From contig NC_007489.1 of NCBI RefSeq assembly GCF_000012905.2, positions 73,285-105,284 of the forward strand: 32,000 bases of DNA. The letters run 5' to 3'. The position numbers were made by a program, and so were the translations under genes. The notes under the pieces were generated by a model that made no database searches, was not told the origin of the DNA, and saw only the letters and a program-made list of their open reading frames with translations. The DNA comes from Cereibacter sphaeroides 2.4.1 (GTDB lineage Bacteria; Pseudomonadota; Alphaproteobacteria; Rhodobacterales; Rhodobacteraceae). The stretch's first letter is position 1, and the number at the start of each line of letters is the position of its first letter. Positions 26,027 through 32,000 of the stretch are shown here, in pieces.

Positions 26027-26779
26027 ATGAAACATGGTTTTCTCTTCGGAGCGGCAGCCTTGGCTCTGCTCTCGACTTCCTCCGTGGCGCTGGCGGGCGG
26101 ACCCATCGTGGTTCCGATGGAGGCTCCCGTGACAGCGCTGGCTCCCAGCGGAACCTACGACTGGTCGGGCTTCTGGATCGGCGGCGGCCTGGGCTACGGC
26201 AGCACCAACTATGACATCTCGGGAGATGCCGATCTCGCGGAAGGGCAAAGCGGTGCGCTCGAGCTGCCTGATCTCGGCGGCCAGGGGGGGCTCCTGTCGC
26301 TGGAGGCCGGCTATGCCTATGCTCTGGCACCCCGATGGATTCTCGCGGGTCAGCTGGACTATGCCTTCGGCAATATCGACAATGACGCCGACCTGTCGCT
26401 CGATGGCGAGCTCAGTCTCGACGCCTCCTACGACATCAAGGTCAAGTCGATGATGGCGGGGACCGCACGTCTGGGCTATCTCCCCTCGGACACCACCATG
26501 ATCTACGGCCTTGCCGGCCTCACCCGTGCAAAGTTCGAGGCGGATTATTCCGTCTCCGGCGTGACATCGGGCGGCTATGATTTCTCCGATACCGGTCTCA
26601 CGATCGGGGCCGGGATGGAGACCCGCCTGACCGAGAAGATCGGCCTGAAGCTCGAATATCGCTACACCAAATTCGACGACTATACGATTTTCGACGGGAA
26701 TGTCGCGGGTGCGGACGTCAAGGCAAGCTCCGACACCTCGATCCAGTCGGCGACTGCCAGCCTCACCTACCGCTTCTGA
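26027..26779 (+). CDS. Outer-membrane beta-barrel protein (Omp25/Omp31 / OmpA-like porin family)
   Basis: A signal peptide (MKHGFLFGAAALALLSTSSVALA), alternating beta-strand pattern (GFWIGGGLGYG, AGTARLGYL, IGLKLEYRYTKF) and the C-terminal ASLTYRF with a terminal aromatic residue. Confidence 0.9.
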   Translation: MKHGFLFGAAALALLSTSSVALAGGPIVVPMEAPVTALAPSGTYDWSGFWIGGGLGYGSTNYDISGDADLAEGQSGALELPDLGGQGGLLSLEAGYAYALAPRWILAGQLDYAFGNIDNDADLSLDGELSLDASYDIKVKSMMAGTARLGYLPSDTTMIYGLAGLTRAKFEADYSVSGVTSGGYDFSDTGLTIGAGMETRLTEKIGLKLEYRYTKFDDYTIFDGNVAGADVKASSDTSIQSATASLTYRF

Positions 26780-26783
26780 GGCG

Positions 26784-27338
26784 TCACGCGGGATCCGGCG
26801 GGAAATCCGGCCGGATCCCCGGCTCTTGCATCTTCGCCTGCCACGGGCTCGTTTCCGGCAAGGCGCCTTCGGCTTCTCCCGCTGAGAGGGTTCGTGCTCC
26901 AAAGAGCATCGAACTGCGGTAGTGCTCGGCAGCGGCCAACGGTTGACCGCCGAGCCGTGACAGTCTTGTGAGGGGCTCGTCCGCGCTCCCATCCAGGATC
27001 CGTGCGATTTCCTCGGGATCCTCCGTCAGCAGCCACTGGGCGAATTCCGGGGCGGTCACGTCCGATAGAAGATGACGGTACTCGCTGCCCGGGTCGTACC
27101 AGGCTGCCAGAGCGGTGAAGACCGCGGCTCGGCGCAGATCGTCGGCTGCGAACAGCGGGGCAAGCAGCCGGATCCCTGACCGCTGCTCGATCTCGAAGGC
27201 GGCCCTGAGGGCCCATCCCCCGAAGGGGCGCAGCCACGGGCCGGCAGAGCACGAAAGAGTATCGGCACGGGGAAAATCTGAGGAAGAGCAGTCCTCGGCA
27301 AGTTCAGAAAAAGTGTCGGCAAGGGCATCGCGTTTCAT
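26784..27338 (-). CDS. Hypothetical protein, paralog 2 of a pair (184 aa)
   Basis: A good RBS (GGAGG 7 nt upstream of ATG 27338). It shares conserved blocks with 25021..25395. The C-terminal ~70 aa are unique and run through the 26790-26819 hairpin, so the real 3' end is uncertain. Confidence 0.6.
   Translation of the reverse strand: MKRDALADTFSELAEDCSSSDFPRADTLSCSAGPWLRPFGGWALRAAFEIEQRSGIRLLAPLFAADDLRRAAVFTALAAWYDPGSEYRHLLSDVTAPEFAQWLLTEDPEEIARILDGSADEPLTRLSRLGGQPLAAAEHYRSSMLFGARTLSAGEAEGALPETSPWQAKMQEPGIRPDFPPDPA
26790..26819. terminator. Strong hairpin between (or overlapping) the convergent gene ends
   Basis: GGGATCCGGC (26790-26799) pairs perfectly with GCCGGATCCC (26810-26819) around a 10-nt loop. 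It starts 11 nt after the OMP stop codon. It lies inside the last codons of the convergent ORF 26784..27338. There is no clean U-tract. Confidence 0.4.
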
Positions 27339-27764
27339 GGAGCTGCCTCCGAGACTAAGAACCTGTGGTGATGAATGACTTGATAGGCCTTACGAGGCGA
27401 AGCATGCCATGCTGCCGGGCAGGGAGGTCAGACTTCCTAAGGTGCGCGTCACAAAACTCTTTCGGCTTCCCCTCGGGGTTGCTCGTGCGTTTCGGGGAGG
27501 CAAGACAGGGTTGTGCGCAGCCCAAAAAATGGGCGCAACCGCAGCTTTGCAGGGGTGCGCCGAATGCCAAACGGCCAGTCCCAGAAAAGCATGCAGGCAT
27601 CATGCCTGGCGCCCCTGCCAGACCCGAACCCGACTCGGATGCCACATCGCCGGAGCGCTGGCCGATGATGCTCTTGCTGCGAGCCGTTGGGCCAGGCATC
27701 GGGAAGGCGCGAGCAACGCCGCCGTTCCGTGTGACCCATAGAACTGACCGCAAGACGTCCAATG

Positions 27765-27794
27765 AAAAGGACGCCCGGCCGATCACCGGGCGTC
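27765..27794 (-). terminator. Rho-independent-like terminator for a leftward transcript
   Basis: A perfect 9-bp stem GACGCCCGG/CCGGGCGTC (27770-27778 / 27786-27794) with a 7-nt loop. On the minus strand it is followed by CTTTTCATT. No convincing protein gene lies upstream of it on the minus strand. Confidence 0.45.
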
Positions 27795-28253
27795 AAATCT
27801 GTCATGAAACAGAATCCAAGGCAGTTTTCAGGGCTTGCGCCAGGTCACGTCAGCCGCACCCATGCACCTCTTCATCATAGAAGGGCTCTGATTCGAAATC
27901 CTGTTCTCTATGGAGCTGAAACGCAGGCATTCGTTTCGACTGCGGTATCCGAAGAGAGGATGATATGCGGCAAGCCGGCATCTTTCGGGGCTGACACCAC
28001 TCCCCCGGAAAGACCTGTTGTGGATCGGCAGCACCAGTCTGAATGGTAACTAAAGATTGCTCTCCGCTTACTATCGGCCGGAAATAACGCCGCGCGTATC
28101 TTTCATTTTTGCTTTGCGCAGCCTGAAGCTCACTTCAGGGTTGCCGGAAGCATCCTAAGTTAATCATCTTCTATGTCATGCAGTAACTTGGCATGATCCT
28201 TCAATTGTTCGATTGTCCATCGTACCGCGTCATGTTGAGGGATCAAACCAAAG

Positions 28254-28916
28254 ATGTATTCAGGATCGCAATCCGGCGGCACCGATCAGGAACAAAACGT
28301 GTCGCTGCTGGTGGCGGGCGATCACGAATTGCTTCGGGATGCCATCAGCGAAATCCTGAGACGGGAGGGAGGGTTCTCGGTAGAGGTGACCGGCAGCCGC
28401 GAAGGGGTGCTCAAGCAGATCGAAGAAAGAGGCGGGTTCGACGTCATCCTGCTCGATCTGCAGATGCCGGGCATGAGCGGGCTCGATTCTCTGCGCGAAG
28501 TAGCGACGTCAAATGCCAACGGAGCCGTAGCGATTTTAGCGGGCGAGCTTACGCGCGATGTGGTGATGAGTGCCTTCAAGGCAGGCGCCAGAGGCTATAT
28601 TCCGAAAACACTCCCGCTGCGCGCCTTGCCCATCGCCTTGCGCCTCATCGCCTCCGGTGAGAGTTACGTTCCTGCGTGGCTGACAAATGGAGGCGGAACA
28701 ACGCAGGCGGATGGCCCCAGTTTCGATCTTCTGCCAGAAGAGTTGCAGATCCTGGAAGAGGTTTCGGACGGGCGGACCAACAAGCAGATCGCTTTCACGC
28801 TGAACGTGACCGAAGGTGCCATCAAGATGAAGATGCGCGCCATCTGCATGAAGCTGGGAGCCAAGAACCGGACGCACGCGGTGGTGATCGCGCGGCAGCA
28901 CATGATGCTGCGGTGA
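28254..28916 (+). CDS. NarL/FixJ-family response regulator (REC + LuxR-type HTH)
   Basis: The receiver has the phospho-acceptor context DVILLDLQMPGMSG and the conserved Lys in YIPK. The C-terminus has LLPEELQILEEVSDGRTNKQIAFTLNVTEGAIKMKMRAICMKLGAKNRTHAV, a LuxR/GerE HTH. Confidence 0.9.
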   Translation: MYSGSQSGGTDQEQNVSLLVAGDHELLRDAISEILRREGGFSVEVTGSREGVLKQIEERGGFDVILLDLQMPGMSGLDSLREVATSNANGAVAILAGELTRDVVMSAFKAGARGYIPKTLPLRALPIALRLIASGESYVPAWLTNGGGTTQADGPSFDLLPEELQILEEVSDGRTNKQIAFTLNVTEGAIKMKMRAICMKLGAKNRTHAVVIARQHMMLR

Positions 28917-28979
28917 AGCGGCCCCGCCCTCTCTCCGTTCAAGCGTCCCGATCAACCGGGGTGGGGGCGGACGGGAAAC

Positions 28980-29395
28980 CGGATGGGCGCCACGCGCCTG
29001 TTCCACCGCGGCGAGGAACTCGCCCCGGGAGCAGGGAACCTGCAGCGTGACGCGGTCTGCCGGTCCGCAAGGATCATCATCCGACCGCCACGGATCTCCG
29101 GATATGAGAAGCGTCAGTTGCGGATATCTTATCCGGATCTTCTGACACAATCGACCCATATCCTCGCATGAGGCGCGGTCTGCCAGTCCAGTATCACCTT
29201 CTCGGCACCGGGATAGAAGGCTCCAAGGCCCCAGAGGTTGCTATCGAGCCATTCCGCCATCACGATTGGCCCCGCAACTTGAACGACAGGGGCGTCGAAC
29301 CCGCTCAGCCAGGCTTCGATATCGTCGAACCAGAAACGCCGCACGTCCGCTGCGGCCAGCAGCAGGGTCCCGCCGATCGGGAAGTCCTGCGGCAT
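28980..29395 (-). pseudogene. Frameshifted, degenerate receiver (REC) domain gene
   Basis: ORF 29129..29395 reads (...GTLLLAAADVRR...EKVILDWQTAPHAR). ORF 29159-downward in another frame reads (MGRLCQKIRIRYPQLTLLISG...TLQVPCSRGEFLAAVEQA). Together they reconstruct one CheY-like receiver interrupted by a 1-nt frameshift near 29150-29165. The acidic pocket and the conserved Lys are not canonical. The 3' boundary is uncertain because the second frame stays open into the antisense of the neighbouring gene. Confidence 0.5.
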
Positions 29396-29428
29396 TTCGC
29401 CTGCGAGGGGCGGCGGAGTGCATGGGCG

Positions 29429-30151
29429 CTACCCTTGGGTCTTCGGAACCTTGTCCTCTTCAGGACAACCTCCTGCCCTTGCCTCCGGAACGGACTGGTC
29501 GGCGGTCAACAGCGCGGCGGGCACTACAGGAGCGTGGAAATCTTCGACATGACGCAGACCGACACCTGTGTTCACCGCCAGCTGCGTTCGATTGCGGGCC
29601 TCGAACTTCAAACAGAGGGCGCGGACATGCATCTTGATTGTGACCTCCGCCAGGCCCAGCTTCTGGGCGATCTCCTTGTTCGTCTTTCCTGCTCCGATCA
29701 GGTTCAGCACCTCGCGTTCCCGACGCGTCAGCCTGACCTTGCCGATCTCATAGATATTGGCGTCCAGAATCAGGACAGGCGGGACGTATTTTTCTCCCGA
29801 AAGCACGAACCCGATGGCATTGATCATCGAGGCCGCCCCCATGGACAGGGGGAAGTATCCTGCGATACCGAGATCGAGAGCTTCATGGATCATGTCGGCG
29901 TCGATCGACCCGGACATCAGGACAACAGGCTTTCCACCACTGGCTTCGAGACAGCGCCTGATCGGTTCCATTCCCCATAGGTCGGGCGGGCAATTGATGA
30001 TCGAGAGGTCGAACGGCCCGTGTTCGCTGGTCAGGGTCAGAAGCTGGTCGATGCCGGTCACTTGGAAAACCTGGGCGTCGATCGACCGTTCGATGTAGGC
30101 TGCGAGGAGCTCGCGGATCAGGGCTTGCCCGTGAAAAAGAGCAATTTTCAT
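29429..30151 (-). CDS. LuxR-HTH regulator with a degenerate (pseudo-)receiver domain
   Basis: The C-terminus LTRREREVLNLIGAGKTNKEIAQKLGLAEVTIKMHVRALCLKFEARNRTQLAV is a LuxR/GerE HTH. The N-terminal ~120 aa have receiver-like topology, but the phospho-acceptor position reads DLSIINCPPD instead of D..L.D..MP. Confidence 0.85.
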   Translation of the reverse strand: MKIALFHGQALIRELLAAYIERSIDAQVFQVTGIDQLLTLTSEHGPFDLSIINCPPDLWGMEPIRRCLEASGGKPVVLMSGSIDADMIHEALDLGIAGYFPLSMGAASMINAIGFVLSGEKYVPPVLILDANIYEIGKVRLTRREREVLNLIGAGKTNKEIAQKLGLAEVTIKMHVRALCLKFEARNRTQLAVNTGVGLRHVEDFHAPVVPAALLTADQSVPEARAGGCPEEDKVPKTQG

Positions 30152-30359
30152 GTTACCTTTCTCGCATATGCCCGCGCGTCTTCAGCTAGACCTTCCCAGT
30201 TTCAAACTGATAGGATGGCTGGTGAAAGCAGGTAAGATCTCTTTTCGCAACGCACCAATACCGGGTGCCGGCGCTGAAGAGCCGCAAGATGCGATGCTTG
30301 AACTTTAGAAAATCGCGGACCCCGGAAGTTTGGGCGATCTTTGAGAATATCGCGGGGCT

Positions 30360-31001
30360 TCAGCGCCCCGTTGCGCTGAGTACCCCTTGCGACAGGAGAC
30401 CCGCATTCATCGCGATCTGCAGCGCCTGGACCGGCGTCCTCGCACCCGTTTGTGACACGGCCGACTTGAGCCGCGCCTTTACCGCGCTCTCCGTGATCCC
30501 GAGAATGTGAGCGATGCGCTTGTAGCGGTAGCCGTCCGCCAGCAGGCGCAAGGCCTCTATCTGAGAGGTAGTGAGGCGGGGCGCAGTCCTCCTGCGGTGC
30601 ATCCCAAGGAGCAGCTTTTCGATCCTGAGCATTTCCTCATCGGTGTACTCCCGATCGGCTCTCCCGAAGATCCCCACGGTTCTCACATATCCATCCGACA
30701 AGGAGAGAATGCTGATCACGCATCCATATGTGAGGCCATGCTGACCATATTCGACCATGACGCCTGCGGGGTCCTCAGCTGGAAGCGCGCTCCACCGCGA
30801 TTTCCCGCAGTTCATGAAGGTCCATTGCAACAGCGGATCCTTGAGGGCCATCCCTCGCGCGACGTATCTGCTCGTGAGGGGGGCGGGGAAGTGGTTTATC
30901 TCCACTTCGGGGGCCACGAAGTGTATCCGAAGGCCGATGTAGAAACCGGCCGGGGCCAGTTCTGACAGAGTCTTCACTTCCTTATCGGATGCTGGGGACA
31001 T
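30360..31001 (-). CDS. LuxR-family regulator with an autoinducer-binding-like N-terminal domain (LuxR solo)
   Basis: FYIGLRIHFVAPEVEINHFPAPLTSRYVARGMALKDPLLQW resembles the Autoind_bind core (..YP..W...Y......DP), with Leu at the usual Trp position. The C-terminus LTTSQIEALRLLADGYRYKRIAHILGITESAVKARL is a LuxR HTH. The ATG at 31001 is preferred; the track start at 31112 lies in AT-rich promoter-like DNA. No luxI-type gene is in the window. Confidence 0.82.
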   Translation of the reverse strand: MSPASDKEVKTLSELAPAGFYIGLRIHFVAPEVEINHFPAPLTSRYVARGMALKDPLLQWTFMNCGKSRWSALPAEDPAGVMVEYGQHGLTYGCVISILSLSDGYVRTVGIFGRADREYTDEEMLRIEKLLLGMHRRRTAPRLTTSQIEALRLLADGYRYKRIAHILGITESAVKARLKSAVSQTGARTPVQALQIAMNAGLLSQGVLSATGR

Positions 31002-31365
31002 GGCACATTCTGGTAATCGTTGAATGAAAGGCCTTCTGCCGCTGGTTGCCACAGCAGCACTGTAGCAAGCATCAGGAAATTTTGCGTAAGCGCATTTGAT
31101 CTTTTGTTGCAAGCACCTCTCTGATGTAGTCAGATCCTTTTATCCCTCTTGAGCTCGACGCTCGGTTCCATAAACTTTTGCGCTTGGCTCCGAGCATTGG
31201 TTGCGGGCCCGTAACCATTCGGATGGGTCGACATGCTGCAAGTTATATATTTTCGATCAAGCAAGAGATCTACATCCAAAGAGAGCAGGATCCAGGCTCA
31301 TCCTTCGATGCCTGAAACGGGTTGCAATCCCGCGACGAGATGCGAACGACACCGAGACGAACGAT

Positions 31366-31851
31366 ATGCTTAAACCGGACGAAGAGATCAGGATACTCAT
31401 GCCGAGGGTGCTGGCGGATGAAGCCCGTGCCCTCGCGCGCCGATATGATGTCACGCTGGGCAGCATCATCCGCAAAGCCGTGACGGACTTCATCCGGACG
31501 CACGATTGCACGACCCCCGGGCGATCTGCGGGATCTGGACCTCGCGCGGCGTCCAGTGCAATGAGCGAGCAGGAACTCGAAGAGTTGAGGTCCTCGGTTT
31601 CCGCTGCAGTGAGCGGCGCGACCTCATGGGCAAGCTTGCGTGATCGCCTTGCCGCCCTGAATCTAGAGATGTTCCCCAAGGGCGGAGGCCTCGCCTTGCG
31701 CACGATGGACACGCAGAAGGAGATCTGCAAAGCGTCCGAAGCAGGCTTCGGCTATTCACAGCTGATCCGCCGGTTTGGAGAGGGGCTGCCCGGCCATCCG
31801 CATCACTGGCTGGTAGAGCGGATCCTGGGAGAGGATCTGATCGAGGACTGA
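31366..31851 (+). CDS. Ribbon-helix-helix (CopG/Arc-like) domain protein, 161 aa
   Basis: The N-terminus IRILMPRVLADEARALARRYDVTLGSIIRKAVTDFI fits a beta-strand/helix/helix RHH pattern. The C-terminal ~90 aa are unassigned. The ATG at 31366 is preferred over the track start at 31201. Confidence 0.6.
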   Translation: MLKPDEEIRILMPRVLADEARALARRYDVTLGSIIRKAVTDFIRTHDCTTPGRSAGSGPRAASSAMSEQELEELRSSVSAAVSGATSWASLRDRLAALNLEMFPKGGGLALRTMDTQKEICKASEAGFGYSQLIRRFGEGLPGHPHHWLVERILGEDLIED

Positions 31852-32000
31852 ACGCCCAGCGAGGGCAGCCATCGTCCCCGACCCGCCCGCAGGTCATGTT
31901 GTCACCAAGTTAAAGTGTCGCCTGGCGTGCAAAGTAGAAATGTCGTCCCGGTGTCGCAGGGCTGAGCCGGCCCCGGCCCGCTCTCGTCAGGAAGGGCCGT

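Noticed and set aside
25910-26992. 360-aa ORF antisense to the OMP gene
   Set aside because: Shadow ORF. The sense frame has a signal peptide and a beta-barrel pattern with a C-terminal Phe.
1-32000. Search for CRISPR arrays, rRNA genes, long tandem repeats or intact IS elements with terminal inverted repeats
   Set aside because: No regularly spaced direct repeats, rRNA-like segments or complete transposase genes were seen. Only the IS3 and IS630 fragments are present.

Overview
High-GC (roughly 62-68%) alphaproteobacterial DNA with a plasmid-like, mosaic layout. AT-rich troughs at about 1.8-2.05 kb, 11.1-11.7 kb, 13.26-13.4 kb, 21.54-21.62 kb, 25.85-26.0 kb, 28.05-28.25 kb and 31.0-31.36 kb mark the module boundaries. 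The gene content resembles a Rhodobacter/Cereibacter sphaeroides-type plasmid, but that assignment comes from memory of gene content and not from a search. Modules from left to right: (1) The 3' end of an ORF, followed by two repABC-type parS-like palindromes and a serine recombinase. (2) A bphO heme oxygenase plus a PAS-GAF-PHY-GGDEF-EAL bacteriophytochrome (BphG1-type). (3) A decayed IS3-family transposase scar. (4) A complete periplasmic nitrate reductase cluster, napKEFDABC. (5) A small membrane protein and a YadA-type trimeric autotransporter adhesin. (6) An accessory island at about 13.3-24.5 kb. It holds a divergent pair (292-aa unknown plus an 899-aa AEP primase-polymerase/SF3-helicase-like protein), a 161-aa unknown, two convergent nucleotidyltransferase-fold genes (one GSU2403/PF12281-like, one AbiEii/DUF1814-like with a small coupled upstream ORF), an aberrant 92-nt tRNA-like element with encoded CCA, an orphan Lon-type AAA+ ATPase with no protease domain, a stand-alone WGR protein and an IS630 remnant. 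(7) Two paralogous unknown genes flanking an outer-membrane beta-barrel gene. (8) A regulator cluster with three LuxR-HTH proteins (one NarL-type, one with a degenerate receiver, one LuxR-solo-like) and a frameshifted receiver pseudogene. (9) A ribbon-helix-helix protein. No CRISPR array, rRNA or intact IS element is visible. The best candidates for undescribed biology are the tRNA-like element with the orphan Lon-like AAA+ (and possibly WGR), the double nucleotidyltransferase module beside the prim-pol/helicase gene, and the paralog pair bracketing the OMP gene. All family assignments rest on motif recognition by eye and need HMM or structure confirmation.
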